Of a stretch of DNA of 64,000 bases, positions 38,479 to 48,136 are shown in pieces; the first letter of the stretch is position 1; the number at the start of each line of letters is the position of its first letter. The position numbers and the translations under genes are program-made. The stretch is taken from NCBI GenBank assembly GCA_965652025.1, contig CBFGTM010000010.1, positions 3,097 through 67,096 on the forward strand, in the 5' to 3' direction. The notes under the pieces are model-generated. The model made no database searches, had not been told where the DNA came from, and saw nothing but the letters and a program-made list of their open reading frames with translations. The DNA is from an uncultured Gemmatimonadales bacterium (GTDB taxonomy: Bacteria; Gemmatimonadota; Gemmatimonadetes; Gemmatimonadales; GWC2-71-9).

Positions 38479-39312
38479 ATGCCTACGCCGCAGGCGCCTG
38501 CGGGCACGTCGCCGCGCCAAATGGTCAACTCACGTGAACGGGTTTGGTACGCAGTGATGGTGGTGGTGAGCCTGGCGGTGTACGGCGGCTTGATTACCCT
38601 GGGCCTGTCCAATCCCCAGGCGGGCGCCTCCATTATTCTGTATGGAGCTCTCTTCTTCCTGATGGCCATGTTTGGCCATGGTTTGGCCCTGGGACGGGTT
38701 CGCGGGAATGCGGTGCGGGTGTCCGAGCGGCAGTTTCCCCAGCTGCATCGGATTGCCGCGGCGCATGCGCGCCGGCTGGGCCTGAAGCGGGTGCCGGAGG
38801 TTTACGTGATGGAATCCGGTGGACTGCTCAACGCCTTTGCCACCAGATTTCTGGGGCGCGATTTTGTTATTCTGTATGCCGACGTCCTCGAGCTGGCACT
38901 GGAAAGGGGTGAGGCTGCGGTGGGCTTCATTGTCGGGCACGAACTGGCTCACGTCTGGCGCGGGCATCTGAAGAACCGTTGGTTGACCGCACCGGGGCGC
39001 CTGTTCCCGTACCTGGGAGCCGCCTATTCCCGGGCCTGCGAATACACCTGCGACCGGATCGGGGCATTCTGCCAGCCGGACGGGGCCATCACCGGGCTCT
39101 TGGTCCTGGCCACCGGGAAGCAACTGCACGCCCACGTTGACGTGCGGGAGTACGCCGCTCAGGCCGCCGATCAGTCGTTCTTTATTCGCCGGGCGGAGAT
39201 CCTGTCGTCCCATCCCAACCTGCCCAAGCGGGTCGCCGCCTTGCTGAAGGCCGGCGTAGCCATTCCGGCGCGGGGCCAGTGGGTAGCGACCGGTACCGCC
39301 GCAGCAGCCTAA
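38479..39312 (+). CDS. M48 family (HtpX-like) membrane zinc metalloprotease
   Basis: Two N-terminal TMs; LNAFA, GHELAH, EYTCDR, SHP...R. Confidence 0.88.
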   Translation: MPTPQAPAGTSPRQMVNSRERVWYAVMVVVSLAVYGGLITLGLSNPQAGASIILYGALFFLMAMFGHGLALGRVRGNAVRVSERQFPQLHRIAAAHARRLGLKRVPEVYVMESGGLLNAFATRFLGRDFVILYADVLELALERGEAAVGFIVGHELAHVWRGHLKNRWLTAPGRLFPYLGAAYSRACEYTCDRIGAFCQPDGAITGLLVLATGKQLHAHVDVREYAAQAADQSFFIRRAEILSSHPNLPKRVAALLKAGVAIPARGQWVATGTAAAA

Positions 39313-39327
39313 GTCGAGAGGAGGGCC

Positions 39328-39888
39328 ATGGCACCACGGATCCGCTATCGCCTGGACCGGGTACAAGTCTGGCCAGGTGAGGCACGTCCGGCGACATGGA
39401 CATTTGCAGGCCAGGCCATGGCCGGCACCGAGTACAGCTATAGTGTGCGGGACGAGAACTTTCGGTCGCGCAACGAATGGGAGTTCGTGGTGCGGGTACC
39501 GCGGGGGCGGGATGAACGTATCGAGGTCCGCCCCCGGGTTACCCCCAACGTCAAGGTCTGGGCCGAGCTGCCGGACCGATCCCTGACGTTTGCCCGGGCC
39601 ACCAAGGGCCCGGCTAGAGGCAAATGGTACTGCCAGGTGGCACTGGCCGATCCCACCGGCTTGAGAAGCAGAGACATCGTGCGCGGCGACCAGCGACCGC
39701 TCCTGCCCCGCTGGTTCGATGCAGTCCGCGGCAGAATGCGGATCAAAGAAAAGGTGAAGCCCACCCGCGGCACCGATGGAAAAGCTCTGGTGATCTTGGT
39801 GCCGGCGGGCGCTCACGACTGGATGATCCGGCTGTTCTTTGCCACCAAGGTGTGGGTGCTCAAGGAGAGAGTTGCCATCGGGGTATGA
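39328..39888 (+). CDS. Hypothetical basic protein
   Basis: GAGGAGG SD before ATG; stop overlaps the next ATG; no recognised motif. Confidence 0.65.
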   Translation: MAPRIRYRLDRVQVWPGEARPATWTFAGQAMAGTEYSYSVRDENFRSRNEWEFVVRVPRGRDERIEVRPRVTPNVKVWAELPDRSLTFARATKGPARGKWYCQVALADPTGLRSRDIVRGDQRPLLPRWFDAVRGRMRIKEKVKPTRGTDGKALVILVPAGAHDWMIRLFFATKVWVLKERVAIGV

Positions 39889-40391
39889 GCCCGCCGTCTG
39901 CAGAACAACATTCCCATCCGACCGTTGAGCCGCCCCGCCCCCGGTGCGGCGCATGTGCCGAAGTGGTCGGGGATGTCTCGGCCCCCGGGGGAGTGATTTT
40001 CGACGATGGGCGCTGGCTGGTCAGCCACCATACCGGCCCATTCACCGATCCGGGTGAGCTCATCATCAAGACCCGACGCCACTGTGAATCCCTGAGCGAG
40101 CTGAGCCGGGAAGAGGCCGAAGCCCTGGGGCCGGTGCTCCACTCGGCGACCCGAGCCCTGGAGCAGGTGACCGCGGCCGAGCGAATCTACGCGGTCTCCT
40201 TCAACGAGCGGGTACGCCACCTGCACTTCCTGCTGCTCCCGCGGACCCGAGGCATGCCGCGGGGCCACGTGATCTCCGACCTGTACCGGCGGGCGCGCAA
40301 TCTCCTGCGAAAGCTTCATCTATTGCGTAACCCGACCGCTGCCGAACGGGCCGCTGCCGCCGCGCGGATCAAGGAGGTGTGGCTGCGCTGA
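39885..40391 (+). CDS. HIT-family protein (degenerate triad)
   Basis: CxxC, PGELII.TRRH, HLHFLLLPR. Confidence 0.75.
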   Translation: MSPPSAEQHSHPTVEPPRPRCGACAEVVGDVSAPGGVIFDDGRWLVSHHTGPFTDPGELIIKTRRHCESLSELSREEAEALGPVLHSATRALEQVTAAERIYAVSFNERVRHLHFLLLPRTRGMPRGHVISDLYRRARNLLRKLHLLRNPTAAERAAAAARIKEVWLR

Positions 40392-40894
40392 TGGAGTGGA
40401 CCATCGCCCGATTGGAGACAGAAGCCGACGCCAAGGCCTGCGCCCGGCTGATGGCGAGCTCCGAGCCCTGGCTCACCCTGGGCCGTACCTACGAAGCATC
40501 GCTTGCGATCATTCGGGATCCCACCCGCGAGGTGTTCGTGCTGCGCGACGGCACCGAGAAGCTCTCGGGGTTTCTCATCCTCTGCTTGACGGGAGCGTTC
40601 GTCGGCTACATCCAGACCATCTGCATTGACCCGGACTGCCGGGGACAAGGGCTGGGCAGCAGACTGCTGGCATTCGCCGAAGAACGGATTCTGAGCCAGT
40701 TCCCCAACGTCTTCATGTGCGTATCCTCGTTTAACCACGATGCGCGGCGGCTGTACGAGCGGCTGGGCTATCGGGCCGTAGGGGAGCTGAGCGACTACAT
40801 CGTAGCCGGCCATTCCGAGATTCTGCTGCGGAAGACATTGGGTCCGCTGATGTCGCCAGCAAGGCGAGCAGAGGCCCCCAGCTCGGGGCCCTGA
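40391..40894 (+). CDS. GNAT family N-acetyltransferase
   Basis: RGQGLGSRLL, N..ARRLYERLGY motifs. Confidence 0.9.
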   Translation: MEWTIARLETEADAKACARLMASSEPWLTLGRTYEASLAIIRDPTREVFVLRDGTEKLSGFLILCLTGAFVGYIQTICIDPDCRGQGLGSRLLAFAEERILSQFPNVFMCVSSFNHDARRLYERLGYRAVGELSDYIVAGHSEILLRKTLGPLMSPARRAEAPSSGP

Positions 40895-40944
40895 GCTGAT
40901 TCGAAAGGGATGGCGCGTCTTCCAGACCGGAAGTAGGATCGAGG

Positions 40945-41202
40945 ATGCGTGAAGCCCGACTACGACCGGAGTTCGCCGATCTCTATCCCACTCTGACCCC
41001 GGGCCACTGGGAGCCGGCAGCTCGCATTGCCGAGGTGGTGCTGGCCCGATTTCTCCTGTCGCAGATCTCCGAGGCCCCACTGCAGGACCGCATTCTGGAC
41101 GAGAGGCACTTCGAGTTCCGAGGAGAGACGCCGGACGGGACGCCACGCCAGCCGCCCGGTTCCCGGGCGAGGGACGTCGCCCCCGGGCCGGTCGAGGAGT
41201 AG
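40945..41202 (+). CDS. Hypothetical protein (85 aa)
   Basis: ATG with SD-like AGGA; stop abuts the yfiT ATG; LRPEFADLYP.L.PG.W..A...HFEFRG. Confidence 0.6.
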   Translation: MREARLRPEFADLYPTLTPGHWEPAARIAEVVLARFLLSQISEAPLQDRILDERHFEFRGETPDGTPRQPPGSRARDVAPGPVEE

Positions 41203-41733
41203 ATGGAAGACCTCCGCTATCCGGTCGGCCGTTTCGAGTTTGACGGCCGCACGTCACCACGGCTCCGGGAGCAGTGGACCGCCGAAATTGCGGCGGCACC
41301 GGGTGCACTCCGCGCGGCAGTGTCCGGACTCACGCCCCAACAACTCGACACGCCCTATCGGGAGCAGGGCTGGACGGTACGTCAGGTGGTTCACCATGTA
41401 CCAGACAGCCATCTCAATGCCTACATCCGCATCAAGCTGGCCCTCACCGAAGACGAGCCGACCATCAAGCCCTATGAGCAGGACCGCTGGGCGGAGCTGC
41501 CCGATGTCCGCGCCACGCCGGTGGAGACATCCCTGACTCTGCTCGAGTGCCTGCACCGGCGCTGGGTACTACTCCTTCGGGAACTCGAGCCTGGCGATTT
41601 TGCCCGCCGGTTTCGACATCCGGAACACGGCCGGAGCATCGGGCTGGACGAGGTGCTGGCGATGTATGCCTGGCACGGCCGCCACCACGTTGCCCAGATC
41701 ACGTCGCTTCGCAGTCGCATGGGCTGGGGCTGA
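41203..41733 (+). CDS. YfiT/BstA-family thiol S-transferase (bacillithiol transferase-like)
   Basis: DLRYPVG, LDTPYR..GWTVRQVVHHVPDSH.NAY.R.KLALTE..P.IKPY, YAWHGRHH.A.I. Confidence 0.9.
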   Translation: MEDLRYPVGRFEFDGRTSPRLREQWTAEIAAAPGALRAAVSGLTPQQLDTPYREQGWTVRQVVHHVPDSHLNAYIRIKLALTEDEPTIKPYEQDRWAELPDVRATPVETSLTLLECLHRRWVLLLRELEPGDFARRFRHPEHGRSIGLDEVLAMYAWHGRHHVAQITSLRSRMGWG

Positions 41734-41763
41734 CGCGACAGTCGGACGCCGCTAACCTGGGAG

Positions 41764-42126
41764 GTGATTATCTCCGCCGCGATCTTCCTTCGAACCGCCG
41801 GCCTGCTCATTCTCTCCAACATCTTCATGACCTTCGCCTGGTACGGGCACCTCAGGAACCTGGGGAGCCGGCCCTGGTACATCGCTGCGATAGTGAGCTG
41901 GGGCATCGCGCTGTTCGAGTATCTGCTCCAGGTGCCGGCGAACCGGATCGGATACACGGCATTTTCCCTGGCCCAGCTCAAGATTCTGCAGGAGGTCATC
42001 ACCCTGCTGGTCTTTGCGCCGTTCGCGGTGTTGTACATGCGACAGCCGATCAAGCTCGACTACCTCTGGGCAGCGCTGTGCCTGGTCGGCGCGGTGTATT
42101 TCGTCTTCCGCTCGCCTCCGGCATGA
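41764..42126 (+). CDS. DMT-superfamily small membrane protein (DUF486)
   Basis: SNIFMTFAWYGHL, SWGIALFEYLLQVPANRIG, QLKILQEVITL. Confidence 0.9.
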   Translation: MIISAAIFLRTAGLLILSNIFMTFAWYGHLRNLGSRPWYIAAIVSWGIALFEYLLQVPANRIGYTAFSLAQLKILQEVITLLVFAPFAVLYMRQPIKLDYLWAALCLVGAVYFVFRSPPA

Positions 42127-43340
42127 CACCGTTCCGACTGCTCTACTCGATCCTGGTACTCGCTCTCCTGCCTTCGGCGCTGGCCGGACAGAATCGTCGG
42201 GAGCGAAGTCGGGACTTGGGAATTCCGCTGGAGGGCACCACCGGGCCCCTCAATGCGATCACCGATGTGCCCGGGGTAACCGTCGGGCACGCCACGGTGA
42301 TCCGCGGGTCCGGCCCGCTGCGAGTCGGCGAAGGGCCGGTCCGCACCGGGGTCACTGCAGTCTTTCCCAGAGGCCGGGGAGACCTGGAGCCGGTCTTTGC
42401 CGGCTGGTTCAGCTTGAACGGCAATGGCGAGATGACGGGCACGGCCTGGCTGGACGACTATGCCCTCATGCTATACCCGGTGACGATCACCAACACCAAC
42501 AGCGTAGGAGTGGTGCGGGACGCCGTTATCGAGTGGGGACGCACCCGGGTTCCGGGGGTGTTCAACTGCTGTTTGCCGGTGGTGGCCGAGACCTGGGACG
42601 GAGACCTCAACGACATTTACGGCTTTCACATTCGGAAGGAGCATGTGTTTGCCGCGTTTGATTCGGCCAAGGGTGGACCGGTGCCCGAGGGGAACGTCGG
42701 CGGCGGCACCGGCATGCAGTGCCTGGGGTTCAAGGGCGGCATCGGTACGGCCAGCCGGCGGTTGGACCCAAAATTGGGAAACTTTGCCCTTGGGGTTCTG
42801 GTGCAGTGCAACTTCGGGCGGCGGCGCCAGCTCCGGATTGCCGGGGTGCCGGTGGGGCAGGAGATTGCCGACTTGGAGCCCTGCTACGACACCACTCGAC
42901 CGCTTACTCAAGAGCAGGCGCCCATGCGCTGCCCTGGGGCCCGCCCGGCGGCGGCCCAGGAGCACGGCTCCATCATTGTGGTCATTGCTACCGACGCGCC
43001 ACTGCTCCCGCACCAGCTCCGCCGGGTGGCTCGCCGCGCGGCCCTGGGAATTGGCCGGATGGGCGGCATAGCCGGCTCCAGCTCGGGCGATCTATTCCTG
43101 GCCTTTTCGACCACACCCACCGGGAGCTCCGACCGCGGCCCCGTCACCGCGGTGCGCATGCTGCAGGACGAGCGCATCGATCCGGTCTACCAGGCCACAG
43201 TGGAGGCAACCGAAGAGGCCATCATCAATGCAATGCTGGCGGCTCAGACCATGACCGGCGCCGACGACCTCAAGGTCCCTGCCCTGCCCCACGATCGGCT
43301 GCGGGCCATTCTGAAGAAGTACGGCCGTCTGGCGCGCTGA
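42123..43340 (+). CDS. DmpA-like (P1/S58) aminopeptidase with signal peptide
   Basis: NAITDVPGV.VGH, RTGVT, EGNVGGGTGM, GSIIVVIATDAPL autoprocessing site, SGD.FLAFST. Confidence 0.9.
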   Translation: MTPFRLLYSILVLALLPSALAGQNRRERSRDLGIPLEGTTGPLNAITDVPGVTVGHATVIRGSGPLRVGEGPVRTGVTAVFPRGRGDLEPVFAGWFSLNGNGEMTGTAWLDDYALMLYPVTITNTNSVGVVRDAVIEWGRTRVPGVFNCCLPVVAETWDGDLNDIYGFHIRKEHVFAAFDSAKGGPVPEGNVGGGTGMQCLGFKGGIGTASRRLDPKLGNFALGVLVQCNFGRRRQLRIAGVPVGQEIADLEPCYDTTRPLTQEQAPMRCPGARPAAAQEHGSIIVVIATDAPLLPHQLRRVARRAALGIGRMGGIAGSSSGDLFLAFSTTPTGSSDRGPVTAVRMLQDERIDPVYQATVEATEEAIINAMLAAQTMTGADDLKVPALPHDRLRAILKKYGRLAR

Positions 43341-43344
43341 AGCT

Positions 43345-44208
43345 TTACGATTTCTCCCCGTCCCAACCTCCCGCTGCCACCGGGTGAAAATTCCGCCAAA
43401 TAGATAGGTACGGAGTGATCATCAGCTCGATGAAGCGGGGCAATGCGGTTTGAAAGGGAAAGCGACGCCTAAACTCGATTGCGGTGAGACCCAGCATGGC
43501 CCGCAGGTGGCGGCCAAAGCTCTGGGGCGACGAATACTCCAGCCGATAGGAGACATCCGCCACCGACAGTCCCGCCGTATCGAACAGGTGCGCCGCATGC
43601 AGCAGACGAATGGCGGCGAGATAGTTCTTGGGCGAAGGTAGCCCGGCCCGGGCGAAGCGCGACATCAGGGTGCTGGGCCGGACATAGAGTCTCTGTGCCA
43701 GATTCGTAACAGTGGGAGTGTCCGGTGCGAGCCGGATCATGGCTTCCACAAACAGGCGGGCATCGCTCGGCGCCCCCGCCAGGGCCTCCAGAATTGGTCC
43801 CTGAATTCTGGCAACGGCCCTGCTGGCCGGCTGACCCACGATTTGACGGAGGCGACTCCAGCCGGTGGGAGAGGTGACGTCCACCACTTGGCGGACGCCG
43901 GAGGCGCCAAGGCGGAGCAACATTTCGGTGGCGCTGGGATCGTGATGCGACACCAGTGCAACGGTAGGAATTCCGGGAAACTCCCGAACCAGATGTCCCA
44001 GCGCTGCGACCTGCTCCGGATGACACCGGTGCACCGACACCAGGACGGCATCGACCGGCCGCTCTCGGACTATGCGCACCGCCTCGGGGATGGAATCGCG
44101 ATGCAGCACCGCGAAGCAGCCACTGCCGGCAGCATCTACCCGAGATCGCTCGACTGGGAGAAGGACGGTTGCCACGGTTGGGGAAGCCTCGGTCGAGCCG
44201 AACACCAC
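43345..44208 (-). CDS. AraC-family transcriptional regulator with receiver-like N-terminal domain
   Basis: C-terminal LSVADVSYRLEYSSPQSFGRHLRAMLG; GTG start chosen from GGAGG SD at 44214-44218. Confidence 0.8.
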   Translation of the reverse strand: MVFGSTEASPTVATVLLPVERSRVDAAGSGCFAVLHRDSIPEAVRIVRERPVDAVLVSVHRCHPEQVAALGHLVREFPGIPTVALVSHHDPSATEMLLRLGASGVRQVVDVTSPTGWSRLRQIVGQPASRAVARIQGPILEALAGAPSDARLFVEAMIRLAPDTPTVTNLAQRLYVRPSTLMSRFARAGLPSPKNYLAAIRLLHAAHLFDTAGLSVADVSYRLEYSSPQSFGRHLRAMLGLTAIEFRRRFPFQTALPRFIELMITPYLSIWRNFHPVAAGGWDGEKS

Positions 44209-44408
44209 ATTGTCCTCCCGGTAGGTCGTGCGGGAGGGTACCTCTTCGACGTCAAACAAGATTAAATCTGAAACGGAGCGAAGCTCGGCTCCGTCGGGTT
44301 CAAAAGGCACGCAGCACCGAGTGGCAGCGACCGAACCATGGGCAACGTTCCGAGCCGTGGGTCGATCCAATTTGAGGTATATTCTCAAGTCACTTTTACC
44401 GGTCTCAC

Positions 44409-47400
44409 GTGAGCGATACCACCCTCGATCTTTTCGCCGCGCTGCAAGCGGCGCTCGGGCCGCAGTACCGTCTCGAGCGGGAGCTGGGCCGCGGAGGAAT
44501 GGGAGTGGTGTTCCAGGCCACCGACCTCACGCTCGACCGCCGAGTCGCCATCAAGGTCGTCCACCCGGAGCTCGCGCCGCACGAGTCGATCACCCGACGC
44601 TTCCTCGCCGAGGCCCGCACCATTGCGCGCCTGCGCCACCCCAACATCGTTGCCATCCACGCCGCCGGGAGCGCGGAAGGACTGCTGTACTATGTGATGG
44701 ACGAGATCGCCGGGGAGAGCTTGCGTGAGCGGCTCACCCGCGGCGGAAAGTTGGATATCGGAGAGACCGCCCGAATCGTTTCGGATCTGGCTGCCGCGCT
44801 CGACGCTGCCGGTCGCGCTGGAGTGGTCCACCGGGACGTCAAGCCGGAGAACGTACTGCTGGATCAGGCGAGCGGGCGGGCGCTGCTCGCCGATTTCGGT
44901 ATCGCCCGAGCCATCGCGGCGGATTCCACCGGCTCGAGCACCGGCCAGGGCGTCGCCGTGGGAACGCCGGTGTACATGAGCCCAGAACAGGCGGCCGGCG
45001 AAGAGATCGATACCCGGAGTGACCTCTACGCTCTGGGCATCGTGGCCTACGAGATGCTGGCCGGTCATCCGCCCTTCCAGGGCTCCCACCGCGTGGTCGT
45101 GTCCAAGCACATCGCCGAACGGCCTGCGCCCATCGACCGAGTGCGTCCCGAGACCCCGCGCGAGCTGGCGGCAGCGATCATGCGCTCGCTGGAGAAGCAG
45201 CCGGCAGAGCGCTGGCAGAACGGTGAAGAGCTGCGCCAGGCCATCGCCGGTGAACGGAATCTCCCCCACTCGCCCCGGCGCACGCGCGGGCGACTGCTGC
45301 TGGCTGGAGCCGTTGCGCTCGCCGTGCTGACCGCGACAATCGGCATCGTCCGCCGCAATCCCGGCCCGCCGGACGGGATCAATCCCCGGCACTCTATCCT
45401 GGTCCTGCCCTTCAACAACCTGCGAGAGGATCGGAGCGTCGATTGGCTGCGTGACGGCAGCGTCAGCATGCTGGGATTGAATCTGTCGCAATGGAACGAT
45501 CTGACGGTGGTGGATCACGAGCGGCTGCACGACCTCCTGAGCCGTCACCGCCTCAGGGTGGGTGACCAGATCGGGCTGGACATGGCCCGGCGGCTCGCCC
45601 GTGAGGCCGGAGTGTGGACCATCGTGCTGGGGGACTTTACGCCGGCGGGAGACTCGATCCACCTGGTGGCTCGGGTCTTCGATGTGGCCAGCGGAAGCCG
45701 GGTGGACGTGGCTCGGGTGGATGACCTGGCCGGGCAGGATGTGCGCCCCCTGTTCGATCAGCTGGCCGCCAAGCTCCTCGACCTCTCGGGGGCGCCGAAC
45801 GAGATCCGGATCGGGTTGGCCCGCTCTACCACCGGCTCCCTCGAGGCGTTTCGCGCCTATCTGCGGGGGGTGGACCAGCTCAACCGGTGGGATCTGATCG
45901 GGGCCCAGCGAGACCTGGAGCGGGCCATCGCCTTGGACAGCACCTTCGGCCTGGCCTATTACAAGCTCGCGCTGACCCGAGGCTGGATGGCAGGAACCGA
46001 GGACTCGATCTCCGACCAACTCATGCTCCGGGCGACCACCTACTCGGCCAACCTCCCGGCCCACGAGCGCACCGTCATCAGCGCCTACCGGGCATTCATC
46101 GGGGACCAGTACGTGGAAGCCCGATCGCTCTACCAGCAGCTGCTGGCGCAGAACAAGGGAGACGCCGATGCCTGGTATGGCCTGGGGGACGCCTGGTTCC
46201 ACGATACCGCAGCTACCTACGAGGCACCCTTCTGGACCCAGTCACTCCGGGCGTTCAAGCGGGCACTGGCGCTCGACCCCAACTACGCACTGGCCTACGA
46301 TCACCTGCAATCCATGTTGGGCGTGGCGGCGGCGAGCTACCCGGCCTACGCTCTGCTTCCCGGTGATTCCTTCGCCATCACCCGCACTTCGAGCGGCCGA
46401 CCCCTACTGGACAGCGTGACCGTTCGGGCAGCGGTCCAGCGGGCTCGCTCGGAGGCGCTCGCCACGGCGCGGAGCTGGGTCTCCTCCCAGCCTACCACGC
46501 TGCGGGCCCACGGTGCCATGGTCAACGCATACGTGTCGGCCGGGAACTACAACGGCGCATTATCCGAGCTGGAGCGTTTCCGCCTGGCCACACCGGAGCA
46601 TCCCGAGCTGCCCTTCGTCGAGGCCCGGGTGCGCTTTGCCTCCGGGGATGTGGATCGCGCCGCGGCCCAGCTGCGGACCGCGCTGGACACGGTAGCCTCG
46701 AAAGACTTCCGGCTCTACCGGGGCACCTCGACGGTGGTCAGCGACATCGCCGCGGCAGCGAACGTGTTCGCCTATCAGGGCGACCTGAACAATGCCGCCA
46801 AGGCGCTGGACCTGGCGGATCAGGTGCGGCGGGAGGTGGCGTTTCATCCCGAGTGGCCGGGCTCCAAGGGCTACGGCTGGCGTCGAGCGATGCTCGGTGA
46901 ATTGTATGCCGCTGCAGGGGCCCCCGCGGCTGCGCTGCGACAGATCTGGCAGGCAGCCGCCGAAGCGGCTCGGATGGCACCGGTCGATGAGCGGAAGCAC
47001 ATCGTCCATAGCGGCGCCACTGCGGCGATTGGCCTCTTTACCGGGCTAGCCGCCGACACGACTGCAATGCAGGAATTGCGGGTCATCTCCGGCGAGCCGG
47101 CGGCCAAGGAAGTGCGCGCCCTGCTGGCCATCAGTCGAGGCGATTCGGCCGTGGCCCGGCGGGCGCTGGCCGAGCCTCAGGCTACCCCGTACGCCAAGCA
47201 CAGCATGTATCGAGTGCTGAACGAGCCCCTGGCGGCGCAGGCCTACTATCTCCTCGGGGAGTACGAGACTACCCTCCGGCTACTCGAGGGCTACCAACCC
47301 TCGGCCCTGCAGACTGGCGGTTTTGATTCTGGCTGGGGAATGCTGGGCCGGGTTCGCCTGCTGCGGGGTGCGGCGTACGAGCGGCTGGGGCGGCGAGCGG

Positions 47401-47519
47401 AAGCGAGAGAGCAGTACCGGCAGGTTCTGGCCCAGTGGAGGAAGGCGGATCCGGCGCTGCAGCCTTTCGTGCAACAGGCGGAGCGGGGGCTGGCACGGGT
47501 GGGGGGGACTCCGGGATAG
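44409..47519 (+). CDS. Membrane Ser/Thr kinase with TolB-N-like and TPR-rich C-terminal region
   Basis: LGRGGMGVV, VAIK, HRDVKPEN, DFG, GTPVYMSPEQ; TM helix; ILVLPF.N; repeated A..LDP/A.Y.LG TPR patterns. Confidence 0.92.
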   Translation: MSDTTLDLFAALQAALGPQYRLERELGRGGMGVVFQATDLTLDRRVAIKVVHPELAPHESITRRFLAEARTIARLRHPNIVAIHAAGSAEGLLYYVMDEIAGESLRERLTRGGKLDIGETARIVSDLAAALDAAGRAGVVHRDVKPENVLLDQASGRALLADFGIARAIAADSTGSSTGQGVAVGTPVYMSPEQAAGEEIDTRSDLYALGIVAYEMLAGHPPFQGSHRVVVSKHIAERPAPIDRVRPETPRELAAAIMRSLEKQPAERWQNGEELRQAIAGERNLPHSPRRTRGRLLLAGAVALAVLTATIGIVRRNPGPPDGINPRHSILVLPFNNLREDRSVDWLRDGSVSMLGLNLSQWNDLTVVDHERLHDLLSRHRLRVGDQIGLDMARRLAREAGVWTIVLGDFTPAGDSIHLVARVFDVASGSRVDVARVDDLAGQDVRPLFDQLAAKLLDLSGAPNEIRIGLARSTTGSLEAFRAYLRGVDQLNRWDLIGAQRDLERAIALDSTFGLAYYKLALTRGWMAGTEDSISDQLMLRATTYSANLPAHERTVISAYRAFIGDQYVEARSLYQQLLAQNKGDADAWYGLGDAWFHDTAATYEAPFWTQSLRAFKRALALDPNYALAYDHLQSMLGVAAASYPAYALLPGDSFAITRTSSGRPLLDSVTVRAAVQRARSEALATARSWVSSQPTTLRAHGAMVNAYVSAGNYNGALSELERFRLATPEHPELPFVEARVRFASGDVDRAAAQLRTALDTVASKDFRLYRGTSTVVSDIAAAANVFAYQGDLNNAAKALDLADQVRREVAFHPEWPGSKGYGWRRAMLGELYAAAGAPAAALRQIWQAAAEAARMAPVDERKHIVHSGATAAIGLFTGLAADTTAMQELRVISGEPAAKEVRALLAISRGDSAVARRALAEPQATPYAKHSMYRVLNEPLAAQAYYLLGEYETTLRLLEGYQPSALQTGGFDSGWGMLGRVRLLRGAAYERLGRRAEAREQYRQVLAQWRKADPALQPFVQQAERGLARVGGTPG

Positions 47520-47646
47520 CGGTAGGACGGTAAGCGGGTAGGCGGGTAGGTAGCCCCTTAGGGGGTAAGGTGCGTAGCAGTTCATTGAGCGCATGTTCTT
47601 ATGGCTTTCGTGCTTACCCTCCTACCCGCCTACCCGCTTACCCGCT
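47519..47646. repeat. Inverted array of 8-bp tandem repeats (4+4)
   Basis: GGTA cores at 47521/29/37/45, TACC cores at 47615/23/31/39; perfect 22-bp inverted repeat 47529-47550 vs 47621-47642. Confidence 0.85.
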
Positions 47647-47658
47647 ATATTCACCTCA

Positions 47659-48043
47659 CTGGTCAGGCACGATGGTCGCGGGGCCGCAGGGCTCCCGAGG
47701 AAAGTCCGAGCTCCAACGGGTAGGCTGCCAGGTAACGCCTGGGCGCCGCAAGGCGACGGAAAGGGCCACAGAGAACAGACCGCCCCTGCAGTACACCGCA
47801 GAGGTAAGGGTGAAACGGTGGGGTAAGAGCCCACCGCGCTGCTGGTAACAGCAGTGGCACGGTAACCCCCAGCCGGAGCAAGGCCAAATAGGCGGCGAGG
47901 TGTGACCCACACCGTCCATCTCGGCTCGTCAGAGCAGGGAAGCCGCGGGTAGGCTGCTAGAGGTGGTCGGCGACGGCCATCCCAGACAGATGACCATCTC
48001 CCTGGTTTCCAGGGACACAGAACTCGGCTTACGGCTCGACCAG
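47659..48043 (+). ncRNA. rnpB: RNase P RNA, type A
   Basis: GAGGAAAGTCC, GGTAAGGGTGAAACGGTGGGGTAAGAGCCCACC, GAGCAAGGCCAAATAGG, ACAGAACTCGGCTTA; P1 CTGGTC...GACCAG; TATATT -10 at 47646-47651. Confidence 0.97.
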
Positions 48044-48046
48044 CGG

Positions 48047-48083
48047 CGGCCCTCCGGATACTCTCCGGAGGGCTGTTGGTTTT
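48047..48083 (+). terminator. Intrinsic terminator after rnpB
   Basis: CGGCCCTCCGGA-tactc-TCCGGAGGGCTG stem followed by TTGGTTTT. Confidence 0.8.
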
Positions 48084-48136
48084 GAGGCGAAAGGCCAGTT
48101 ACCTTTTTGCTCCTTGCCCCAGATTGGTGGAGATCA

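Noticed and set aside
44385-46202. 605-aa minus-strand ORF and similar long antisense ORFs (3351-4868, 31427-32785, 38530-39954)
   Set aside because: They mirror well-supported genes on the other strand, lack recognisable motifs, and are expected in high-GC DNA
47570-47919. Several short ORFs across the rnpB region
   Set aside because: The region is fully explained by the RNase P RNA and the upstream repeat
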